From positions 1 to 46,664 of IMG/VR virus record IMGVR_UViG_3300048855_000047: DNA of 46,664 nt; one strand, written 5' to 3'. Positions 8,575 to 17,254 of this stretch are shown here, piece by piece. A program made the position numbers and the translations under genes. Below the pieces are notes generated by a model. That model was given only the letters and a program-made list of their open reading frames with translations, had not been told where the DNA came from and searched no databases. Origin of the DNA: a virus (Duplodnaviria > Caudoviricetes). Position 1 is the stretch's first letter; every line of letters starts with the position of its first letter.

Positions 8575-11475
8575 GTGGGCCGTTCCATCTTCGTCACCCT
8601 CCGGGCGGCCGTCAGTGGCTACGTCGGTGACATGGCCAAGGCTGGTGCGGCCACCCGCAAGGTCGCCGACGACATGGGCGCGGCCGGGGTCAAGGGGCAG
8701 CAGTCGCTGACCGAGTACGCCAAGGCCGTCCAGCAGAACGTCCAGCGCAACCGCGACAGCCTGAACACCCTGTCGAACCAGGCCGCCATCGCCGGGACCG
8801 CCCTCACGGCGGTGGCGGGCATGGCCGTGAAGTCGTACGCCGACTTCGACCAGGCCATGTCGCACGTGGCCGCCACCGGCAAGGATGCCGTGGCGAACAT
8901 CGACGGCCTGCGCGAGGCCGCCATGGCCGCCGGTCAGGCCACGCAGTTCAGCGCCACCGAGGCCGCTAACGGCGTGGAGGAGCTCGCGAAGGCCGGTGTG
9001 TCCGCCGCCGACATCATGGGCGGCGGCCTCGCGGGGTCCCTGGACCTCGCCGCGTCCGGCGGCCTGGGCGTCGCCGACGCGGCCGAGATTGCCGCCACGG
9101 CCATGACGCAGTTCAACCTGACCGGCGACAAGGTGGGCCACGTCGCCGACCTGCTCGCCGCAGGTGCCTCCGAGGCGCAGGGCAGCGTCGGTGACCTCGG
9201 CGCCGCGCTGCGCCAGTCGGGTCTGGTCGCGAACCAGACGGGGCTGTCCATCGAGGAGACGACGGCCGCCCTCACGGCGTTCGCCTCGGCCGGCCTGGTG
9301 GGTTCCGACGCGGGTACGTCGCTGAAGTCGATGCTCCAGCGCCTCACTCCGCAGTCGGAGGAGGCCCGCAAGGAGATGGAGCGGCTGGGCATCTCCGCGT
9401 ACGACAGCAGCGGGGAGTTCATCGGCCTGTCGCAGTTCGCGGGGAACCTCCAGTCCTCCCTGTCGGGCCTGACGACCGAGCAGCGCAACGCGGCCCTGGC
9501 CACCATCTTCGGGTCCGACGCCGTGCGGGCCGCGAACGTCCTGTACCAGGAGGGGTCCGCCGGGATCGCCGAGTGGACCGAGAAGGTGGACCAGGCCGGG
9601 TTCGCGTCGGAGACGGCCGCCACCCGGATGGACAACCTGAAGGGCGACGTCGAGCAGTTGGGCGGCGCCCTGGAGACCGCGTTCATCAACATGGGCGAGG
9701 GCGCCGACGGGCCGCTGCGGTCCCTGACGCAGTGGGCCACGGACGCCGTGAACAAGTTCTCCGAACTGCCGTCGTGGGTGCAGGGCGCCAGCCTGGCCAT
9801 CGTGGGCGGCGGTGGCCTGGCGCTGCTCGGCGTCGCCGGGCTCATGCGGCTGGTGTCGGCGACGTCCGACGGCATCGACGCCATGCAGCGGCTCGGGATC
9901 ATGTCCCAGGCCACGGCGGGCCGGGTGGGCGCCGTGGGCGTGGCTGCTGCGCGCGTCGCCGGGGCTGCCGGGGCGCTCCTGGCCATCACCTCCACCGTCG
10001 GCCTCATCACCGACCGGTTCGCGTCCGCAGCACCCGAGGCTGAGCGCCTGTCCCAGTCCCTGAACGACATGGCGCACACCGGGGACATCTCCGAGCTCGA
10101 CACCCAGTTCTCCGGGCTGTCCGAGTCGATGGGCCCCCTGGGGGCGGCGGTCGGCTCCATCAACGGCATCGGCGACGCCCTGTCGCACGCGTTCTCCCCG
10201 GGCCTCACCGATCGGGTCACGGGGTTCGTGGACGGCATCCCCGGGATGACCTCCTACCTGGAGCGGGCTGAGGAGCGGTTCCAGGGCGTGGACACCGCGC
10301 TGTCCAACATGGTGTCCAGCGGCAACCTGGACGGCGCCCGCGACGCCTTCGACGTGATCCGCCGGGCGGCAGACGAGCAGGGCATCAGCCTGGAGGAACT
10401 GCGCACGAAGTTCCCCGAGTACGTCGCCGCGCTGGAGGCGTCGAAGGCCGGTGCCGAGGCGGCGGGCGACGCCACCGACGCGAACGCCACCGCCCTGGAC
10501 ACCTACGCCGGGAGCATGGCCAGCGGCATCGCCACCACCGAGGAATACACCTCCGCGCTGGAGGAACTCATCGCGGCGCAGGCCGAGGCGGCGGGCGTCG
10601 TCACCGACCTGTGGACGGCGCAGAACAACCTGGAGGTGGCGTACGAGACCGCCACCGAGGCCGTCGTCGCGAACGGCCAGACGCTGGACGCCACCTCCGA
10701 GAAGGGCCGCGCGAACCGCGACGCCCTCATGGGCATCTCCACCGCCGGGTGGGAACTCATCGACTCGATGCGCGCGAACGGCGCCTCCCAGGCCGAACTC
10801 CAGGGCCAGGTGCAGGCCACCCGCGACCGCTTCGTGGCGGCCGCCGAGGCCATGGGCATGAGCAAGGAGGAGGCCAACCGGCTGGCCGACTCCCTGAACC
10901 TCATCCCGAACAACGTGAACGTGGACGTCAACGCGAACACCGCGAACGCCCGAGCGAACGTGGACCAACTCGTGGCGAACATCAACGCCCGCGTGGCCAC
11001 CATCCAGGTGCGGGCGACCATGCCCGACCTGAACGGCGCGGCGTCCGGCTCCGGCCGCCTGGGCACGTTCGCGCGCGGCGGCGAGGTGCCGTACATGATG
11101 GGCGCCAAGCCGGGCAAGGATTCCGTGCGGGCGCTGCTCATGCCCGGCGAGCACGTGCTCACCGTGGACGACGTGAACGCCATGGGCGGGCAGGCCGCCG
11201 TGTACGACTGGCGCAAGTCCCTGCACGGGTACGCGAACGGCGGCGAGGTGCGCCGGTACGCCAACGGCGGGTCCGTCGGGTCGGCCAGCGCCCTGTCCTA
11301 CGGCTCCGGGTACGGTTCGCACATGACCGAGGTCAGCCGCACACTCGCCGTCCAGGTGGACGCGCGGGGCGGCGCATCCGCTGGGGACATCGCCCGCCGC
11401 ACCGTCGAGCGGCTCATGGACATGGCCGCTGTCTCGCCGGGCGTCGCCCAGGCCGCATCGGGGGTGCTCGGATGA
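8575..11475 (+). CDS. tape measure protein (TP901-like family)
   Basis: 966 aa, Ala/Gly-rich; FDQAMS, TQFSATEAA, GSDAGTSLKSML and MDNLKGD motifs. Confidence 0.92.
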   Translation: MGRSIFVTLRAAVSGYVGDMAKAGAATRKVADDMGAAGVKGQQSLTEYAKAVQQNVQRNRDSLNTLSNQAAIAGTALTAVAGMAVKSYADFDQAMSHVAATGKDAVANIDGLREAAMAAGQATQFSATEAANGVEELAKAGVSAADIMGGGLAGSLDLAASGGLGVADAAEIAATAMTQFNLTGDKVGHVADLLAAGASEAQGSVGDLGAALRQSGLVANQTGLSIEETTAALTAFASAGLVGSDAGTSLKSMLQRLTPQSEEARKEMERLGISAYDSSGEFIGLSQFAGNLQSSLSGLTTEQRNAALATIFGSDAVRAANVLYQEGSAGIAEWTEKVDQAGFASETAATRMDNLKGDVEQLGGALETAFINMGEGADGPLRSLTQWATDAVNKFSELPSWVQGASLAIVGGGGLALLGVAGLMRLVSATSDGIDAMQRLGIMSQATAGRVGAVGVAAARVAGAAGALLAITSTVGLITDRFASAAPEAERLSQSLNDMAHTGDISELDTQFSGLSESMGPLGAAVGSINGIGDALSHAFSPGLTDRVTGFVDGIPGMTSYLERAEERFQGVDTALSNMVSSGNLDGARDAFDVIRRAADEQGISLEELRTKFPEYVAALEASKAGAEAAGDATDANATALDTYAGSMASGIATTEEYTSALEELIAAQAEAAGVVTDLWTAQNNLEVAYETATEAVVANGQTLDATSEKGRANRDALMGISTAGWELIDSMRANGASQAELQGQVQATRDRFVAAAEAMGMSKEEANRLADSLNLIPNNVNVDVNANTANARANVDQLVANINARVATIQVRATMPDLNGAASGSGRLGTFARGGEVPYMMGAKPGKDSVRALLMPGEHVLTVDDVNAMGGQAAVYDWRKSLHGYANGGEVRRYANGGSVGSASALSYGSGYGSHMTEVSRTLAVQVDARGGASAGDIARRTVERLMDMAAVSPGVAQAASGVLG

Positions 11476-12395
11476 GCCAGGGTCTGCTGTACGGGGCAGC
11501 GCCGTTCATCGAGACCCCCGAACTGCCGCCCGGCGTCAAGATGCTGTGGCACGGCGCCGACGGGTCCCTGTGGGACATCGGCGAGCCGGAGGGCGTGTAC
11601 CTGCTCGCCGGGGTGCGCGGGCTGCACCTGCCGCCCCGCACCCGGTGGGCCTCCCCGCAGGGCAGCGGCTCGCGGTACCTCGGTGGCCGTGACGAGGAGC
11701 GGGAGGTGTTCTGGCCGCTGAGCGTCCGCAAGGCCAGCGGCGGTCAGGGGTTCCTGGACTTCGACGCCCTGTGGTGGGAGTCCCTCAGCTACGACACGCC
11801 GGGCACGTGGGAGGTCGTCCAGCCCGACGGCCGTCGGCGCCTGCTCGACCTGCGGCTGACGAACGGCGGTGAGGAGACGGCCGCCCAGTTCCCCACCCTG
11901 TCGGGCGTCCGGCACTACGGCGTGTATCTCGTGGCCACCGACCCGTACTGGCGCTCGGCCCTGCCCGTGAGCCAGCCGTTCATGATCGGCGCCGCGTCCG
12001 AGGACTTCATCCCCCCGACCGGGGCGCCGCCGTTCAACATCGGGCAGGGGACGACGACCACCACCGCCGAGATGGCGAACGAGGGTGACGTGCCCGCGTG
12101 GGTCACGTGGACCGTCGAGGCGGGCACGGGCGGCCTGACGGGCGTCAGCGTCGGCGTCGGGGACGCCACCATCGGCCTGCCGAACATGACGCAGGGGCAG
12201 GTGTACGTCGTGGACACCGTGGCCGAGACGGCCACCCTCAACGGGGTGCGGGTGCGCGGCGTCATGTCCCCGCACGAGTTCGCGCCGCTCCCGCCCCGCA
12301 GCACGACCCCGCTGTCCATCACCGGCACCGGGAACGGGAAGGTGACCGTCGCGTTCACCCCCCGGTACTACCGGGCGTGGGGGCGGGGACGATGA
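11472..12395 (+). CDS. minor tail protein (distal tail/Dit-like)
   Basis: Directly after TMP; WHGADGSLWD, ATDPYW and NEGDVPAWVTW. Confidence 0.75.
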   Translation: MSQGLLYGAAPFIETPELPPGVKMLWHGADGSLWDIGEPEGVYLLAGVRGLHLPPRTRWASPQGSGSRYLGGRDEEREVFWPLSVRKASGGQGFLDFDALWWESLSYDTPGTWEVVQPDGRRRLLDLRLTNGGEETAAQFPTLSGVRHYGVYLVATDPYWRSALPVSQPFMIGAASEDFIPPTGAPPFNIGQGTTTTTAEMANEGDVPAWVTWTVEAGTGGLTGVSVGVGDATIGLPNMTQGQVYVVDTVAETATLNGVRVRGVMSPHEFAPLPPRSTTPLSITGTGNGKVTVAFTPRYYRAWGRGR

Positions 12396-13573
12396 TCGAG
12401 GACGGCCGCCGGCCACTGGAACTCACCGTGTACGACGCGGCGGGCACCCCGCAGGACACCGTGGTGCCCGCCTCGTGCGCGTTCGTCCCGCGCTGGAACC
12501 GCGTGGGCACGGGGGCCCTGGTCATCGACCACGACGACCCGCAGGCGGAGGTGCTCACCGCCAACGGCTCCCGCCTGGGCGTGCGGTACCGCTACGACCC
12601 CGCCGACCCGAGCGCCACGATGCACGTGATGACCGGCGCCATCCAGGAGCGGGAACTGAAGGGGGACCTCGGCAAGCGGCTGCGTGCGTTCACCGTGGCC
12701 GACGACAGCGACCTGTTCGACTACCTGCTGGGCTGGCCGAACCCCACGGGCACCGAGACGCAGCAGGGCGACGACGAGGTGTACGACACCCGCACCGGGC
12801 CCGCCGAGACCGTCCTGAAGGCGTTCGTGTCCGCGAACCTCTCGCACCACCCGTCGCGGCTGCCGATCGTCGTCCCCGCCTCCCTGGGCCGGGGGGCGTC
12901 CATCTCCGCGTCCCTGCGGTTCCACCCGCTGCGCGACCGGCTGTGGCCCGCCGTGGACGCCGCAGGCATCACCGTGAGCGTCCGGCAGGACGCCGCGACG
13001 CTGCGCCTGGAGGTCGATGTCCCCGACGTGTACCCCGAGACCCTCACGGAGGCGTCCGGGGTCGTCGCGCCGGACTCGGAACTGGCCCTCACGCCACCGA
13101 CGTGCACCCGTGCGCTGGTGCTCGGGCAGGGCGAGGGGCTCGCCCGGCAGGTCGTCCTGGTCGCGCCCGGCGGGTCGCGCACCACCCGCACCCCCCTGGA
13201 GCAGGAGTGGGGGATGATCCGCGAGGTGGTCATCGACGCCCGCGACACCAACGACCCGGCCGTGCTCGCGGTGCGCGGCGCCCAGGCCATCGCCGAGGGC
13301 GCCCCGCAGGCCAAGGGCACGGTCCGGCTGTCCGAGACGGAGGACTTCCGCTACGGGGTCGCCGTGAACCTCGGCACGACCGTGACCGTCGAGCTCAACG
13401 GGCAACCCGCGATCACCGACCGAGTGCGGGAGGTCACGCTCGCGTGGGATGCTGAGTCCGGCCTCTCCGTCACCCCCGCCATCGGTGACGCCCCCCGCAG
13501 TCAGCAGGACGCGATCCGCCGGGCCCTGAACAACGTGCTGCGCGTCCAGCGTGACCTGATCGCCGGAAGGTAG
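12392..13573 (+). CDS. minor tail protein (baseplate hub/Tal-like)
   Basis: PRWNRVGTG, TGPAETVLK and LGQGEG motifs; second gene after TMP. Confidence 0.75.
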   Translation: MIEDGRRPLELTVYDAAGTPQDTVVPASCAFVPRWNRVGTGALVIDHDDPQAEVLTANGSRLGVRYRYDPADPSATMHVMTGAIQERELKGDLGKRLRAFTVADDSDLFDYLLGWPNPTGTETQQGDDEVYDTRTGPAETVLKAFVSANLSHHPSRLPIVVPASLGRGASISASLRFHPLRDRLWPAVDAAGITVSVRQDAATLRLEVDVPDVYPETLTEASGVVAPDSELALTPPTCTRALVLGQGEGLARQVVLVAPGGSRTTRTPLEQEWGMIREVVIDARDTNDPAVLAVRGAQAIAEGAPQAKGTVRLSETEDFRYGVAVNLGTTVTVELNGQPAITDRVREVTLAWDAESGLSVTPAIGDAPRSQQDAIRRALNNVLRVQRDLIAGR

Positions 13574-13575
13574 CC

Positions 13576-14076
13576 ATGACCTACGAGTCGCACCACAGCG
13601 GGTCCACCCGTTCGGTCCTCTGGCGCCTCACGCGCGAGCGGTACACGCCCACCCCCATGCCCAGGTGGGCGGGGCCCGTGTGGTCCCTGCTCCTGGCGCT
13701 CATGAGCGTCATCATCGGCGGGGACCTGATCCGCTCGGGCCGGTCCGGGGAGGCGACCGCCGAGCGGCTGTCCTACGTGGAGATGGTCGGCGTGGAGGCG
13801 GCGGGGTGGCTCATGGTCGGCGGGGCTGGCTTCGTGGTCGCGGCGTTCCTGTCGCGGTCCCTGGCCGCCGTGATCCTCACCCACATGGCCGGGGCGGCCA
13901 TCTGGACGTGGCTCGGCATCGCGTACATTCAGGGGCAACTCGTGTCCGACACGTGGGCCGGGACCCGGGTGTCCGCCGCGCTCATGGTGGGTGCGGTCAT
14001 GTGGGCCGTGCGGACCGGTATCCTCGCGGGGGACTTCTACCGTCCACGGCCGACGACCGACACCACCAGGGGGTAG
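13576..14076 (+). CDS. membrane protein (about 4 TM segments)
   Basis: Several hydrophobic stretches. Confidence 0.65.
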   Translation: MTYESHHSGSTRSVLWRLTRERYTPTPMPRWAGPVWSLLLALMSVIIGGDLIRSGRSGEATAERLSYVEMVGVEAAGWLMVGGAGFVVAAFLSRSLAAVILTHMAGAAIWTWLGIAYIQGQLVSDTWAGTRVSAALMVGAVMWAVRTGILAGDFYRPRPTTDTTRG

Positions 14077-14079
14077 GGC

Positions 14080-14571
14080 ATGTGGCCGACCGTCGCAGCG
14101 GCGACCGACCCGGCGTCGCTGGACGGTCTCCTGGCCCCCACCGGCGGCCTGGCCATCTTCCTGGGCCTGGCCGCTGTCGTCGTGCGCGAGTACCGCAAGG
14201 GCCGCGCCGAGACCGTCGAGCAGGCCCAGGCGCAGGTCACCGCGTGCCGCGCCCGCATCGCCGAACTGGAGAAGGAACTCGCCGTCACCCGCCGCCGGGC
14301 GACTGCCCGTGTAGCTGAACTGGAGCAGGAACTCGGCGAGGAGATGGCCAAGGGTGACCAGGCGCGCGAGGCGCTCGGCCGCCAGGCCCAGCAGTACGAG
14401 GCCCGCCTGGCCGCTGAGCGCGACCGCGCGTCCCAGGCGCTGGCCAGGGCGTACACGGACGTGGACATCGCACGCGCCGCCCTGGAGGTTGCCCGGGCCG
14501 AGGCGTGGCAGGTGCGAGAATGGGCCCAGGCCCGGGGCTACCAGCCCCCCACGACCACCGCAGGAGGATGA
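14080..14571 (+). CDS. membrane-anchored coiled-coil protein
   Basis: N-terminal TM helix followed by heptad-like A/E/R/Q region. Confidence 0.65.
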   Translation: MWPTVAAATDPASLDGLLAPTGGLAIFLGLAAVVVREYRKGRAETVEQAQAQVTACRARIAELEKELAVTRRRATARVAELEQELGEEMAKGDQAREALGRQAQQYEARLAAERDRASQALARAYTDVDIARAALEVARAEAWQVREWAQARGYQPPTTTAGG

Positions 14572-14574
14572 CGG

Positions 14575-15534
14575 ATGGCCACGACCTCCAAGGGGTACGC
14601 CGGGAAGATTCAGACCCCCGACTATGCCCGCCTGTCCCTGGAGTGGGGCGTGGCCTACGGGGTGCGCGGGTTCGCCGACTGGCTCCCGGGTGTCACCACG
14701 GCCGTTGCCCGGGGCGTCACCGTCGGGATCGGCGTCGGCTACGGGCGCGGCGTGGAGGACACGGTGGACGCCCCCGTCACCCTCTCCGCCGACGCCGTGG
14801 CCACGGGCACCCGGTACGACACCCTCGTGGCGCACCGCGACTGGCCGAATAGCCTGACCACGTTCAAGCTCGTCAAGGGGCCCACCGCCCTGGGCATCGC
14901 CGCCGACCTGGAGCACATCCCCGGCGTGCGCGATGACCACCCCATCGCCATCTACGCGATCAGCGGGACCACCGCCACCATGGTGGCGGACCTGCGGACC
15001 TGGCACGGCAGCGGCGGCATGATCGCGACCAACGACCTGGTGCTCCAGTTCCTGAACGACCCCGGCACCCGGGTCGTCATCGGCACCACGGAGTACGCAT
15101 ACGAGCCGGGCCCGGGGCAGGTCGGGGTGTGGGTTGCGCGCGACGCTCGGCCGCTGAGCGCGTCGCGTCCGCGCGTCTACTCCGCCTCGCGCGGCGGGTC
15201 GGACTCCTGGGCGGGCTGGGGGAACATGATCGGCCTCACCCTGCCGAACGACGCGCCCACGGGGCTGTACCGGGTGATCGGAATGGCGTTCATCGGGTTC
15301 AACGCATCGTCCCTGTCGCAGGCGTGGGCCGTCACGAAGCGCTTCGTCGGCGCCACCGACGCCATCCCCCTCGGTGGGACGTGGCGCGACGACCACACCG
15401 GCGGCCTTTCGTTCGGCGTGGATTGGGACCACGACTTCACGTTCAGCGCCGGGCAGCGGATCAACTACCAGATTCACAGCCCGGTGCAGACCACCGTGTT
15501 TGCCGCGCGCATCGCCGCGACGTTCCTCGGCTAG
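14575..15534 (+). CDS. minor tail protein
   Basis: TRYDTLVAHRDW...FKLVKG and VADLRTW patterns of actinophage tail proteins. Confidence 0.65.
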   Translation: MATTSKGYAGKIQTPDYARLSLEWGVAYGVRGFADWLPGVTTAVARGVTVGIGVGYGRGVEDTVDAPVTLSADAVATGTRYDTLVAHRDWPNSLTTFKLVKGPTALGIAADLEHIPGVRDDHPIAIYAISGTTATMVADLRTWHGSGGMIATNDLVLQFLNDPGTRVVIGTTEYAYEPGPGQVGVWVARDARPLSASRPRVYSASRGGSDSWAGWGNMIGLTLPNDAPTGLYRVIGMAFIGFNASSLSQAWAVTKRFVGATDAIPLGGTWRDDHTGGLSFGVDWDHDFTFSAGQRINYQIHSPVQTTVFAARIAATFLG

Positions 15535-15573
15535 ACCACACAGGTACACCCGCCCGAGAGAGGACCCCGCATC

Positions 15574-15702
15574 ATGAGCGACACCCCGACCGACGACCTG
15601 GACGCCCGCATCCCCGTCAAGGCCCTGGACGACGACCTCCCCGAGGGGTTCGACCCTGACGACCTGGACGCCGACGAGGACCGCAACCCGGAGGAGGGCT
15701 GA
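15574..15702 (+). CDS. small very acidic protein (42 aa)
   Basis: GAGGA RBS; MSDTPTDDLDARIPVKALDDDLPEGFDPDDLDADEDRNPEEG. Confidence 0.65.
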   Translation: MSDTPTDDLDARIPVKALDDDLPEGFDPDDLDADEDRNPEEG

Positions 15703-15705
15703 CCC

Positions 15706-16707
15706 ATGGGCCAGATCATCACCCGCGCCCAGTGGGGCGCCCGGTACCGCAACGGGTTCGGCTCCCGCCGCGTCGGCAGCCTGGACAAGTGGCTGCACCA
15801 CTCCGTGACCGCCAGCGCCGGGCCGGGCGCCACGCTGGAGCAGGACGCGGCCACGATCCGCGCCCTGGACTCCATCGGCCAGTCCCGGTTCGGCGGCGGC
15901 ATCTCGTACACGTTCGCCATCACCGAGGCCGGCCGGGTGTTCGAAGGTCACAGCGTGGACCGCATCGGCTCGCACACCAAGAACCGGAACACCGCCAGCG
16001 CGGGCATCGTCCTGGTCGGCAACTACTCCACGAAGGCGCCGACGCCCGCGCAGATCGCGGCCCTGGTGTGGCTACTCCAGTACGGCAAGTCCGTCGGCTG
16101 GTGGCAGGTCGCCGGGCTCAACGGCGGGCACCGCGACGCCGTGCGCGGCACCGAGTGCCCCGGGAACGTCGCCTACTCGATGATCGGCGACATCAACCGG
16201 GCCGCCGGGGGCTCGGCCGTCATCCCCGTGTCCAACGGTGGCGGCACCGCCGCCCCGGGGTTCCACGGCATCCCGGGCGTGCACACGGGGCGGCTCACCG
16301 CCGACGGCAACCTGGAACTCGTCCCCGACGGCCTGCGGTTCGGCGCGACCATCGCCCGCTGGCAGCAGGTCATGGGGTTCACGAAGCCGGACGGCTCCAT
16401 CTCCAAGCCGCAGCGCGGCGTGGACCCGGCGCTGTACCTCATGGGCCGCGACCAGATCTTCCTCAACTCGGTCGTGGACCACGGGCACATCCTGAACCTG
16501 ACCGGTCGGCGGGGTCTGCTCGTGGACGCCGACGAGGGCCCCGCGACCATCAAGGTGCGGCAGTTCTGGCTCTACAACACCTTGGGCCGCGAACTCCTGG
16601 GTCGAGCTCCGCGCGGCTCGGACTTCGACGGCATCGCCGGTGGCGAGACGAACGCCCTGCACCAGCACGCCCTGAACCGCGCCACCGCCGGTTCGCGCCG
16701 GTACTGA
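15706..16707 (+). CDS. endolysin, N-acetylmuramoyl-L-alanine amidase (PGRP-like)
   Basis: IITRAQWGA, LHHS, ISYTF, GSHT, GIVLVGNY and GHRD...TECPG motifs. Confidence 0.9.
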   Translation: MGQIITRAQWGARYRNGFGSRRVGSLDKWLHHSVTASAGPGATLEQDAATIRALDSIGQSRFGGGISYTFAITEAGRVFEGHSVDRIGSHTKNRNTASAGIVLVGNYSTKAPTPAQIAALVWLLQYGKSVGWWQVAGLNGGHRDAVRGTECPGNVAYSMIGDINRAAGGSAVIPVSNGGGTAAPGFHGIPGVHTGRLTADGNLELVPDGLRFGATIARWQQVMGFTKPDGSISKPQRGVDPALYLMGRDQIFLNSVVDHGHILNLTGRRGLLVDADEGPATIKVRQFWLYNTLGRELLGRAPRGSDFDGIAGGETNALHQHALNRATAGSRRY

Positions 16708-16726
16708 CACCTGGAGGTCCCACACC

Positions 16727-17212
16727 ATGCCCGGAACGCACACGCTCGCGCCGCACGCGGTGTCCGAGTACACCAAGGCCCTGGCCTACATCCTGACCGC
16801 CGCGCTCGGCGCCCTCGCGGCGGCCATGTCCGGCGGCCTGACCACCCTGGAGGTGCTCCAGGTCAGCGTCCTGGTGCTCGGCGCCGTCGGGGTCTACCTC
16901 GTGCCGCTGGTCGGATACCTGAAGGGCGTCGTCGCGTTCGCGGCGGCGGGGGTGTCCGCGCTCGTGGCCATCTTCGACGCGGGCGGGTTCGCGAGCCTGG
17001 CCGAGGTCCCCACCGAGTCGTGGCTCCTGGTGATCGTGGCCGCCCTCGGTGGCGTCGGCGTCGTCATCCTGCCGAACACCCCGCCGCTGGACCTGGGAGC
17101 CACGCGCGACGGCGCCCACATCGTCACCACCCTGGCGGGTGACCCGGAGGCCATCGCCGATCAGGTCGCGCGTCGCCTGTCCACCGGCGACGCCGGGGGC
17201 GGTACGGTCTGA
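16727..17212 (+). CDS. holin
   Basis: Four hydrophobic helices (YTKALAY...GVYLVP repeat), directly after endolysin. Confidence 0.75.
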   Translation: MPGTHTLAPHAVSEYTKALAYILTAALGALAAAMSGGLTTLEVLQVSVLVLGAVGVYLVPLVGYLKGVVAFAAAGVSALVAIFDAGGFASLAEVPTESWLLVIVAALGGVGVVILPNTPPLDLGATRDGAHIVTTLAGDPEAIADQVARRLSTGDAGGGTV

Positions 17213-17254
17213 CCAGCACCACCACCGCTGACCCCGCACCCTGGAGGTAGTTCC

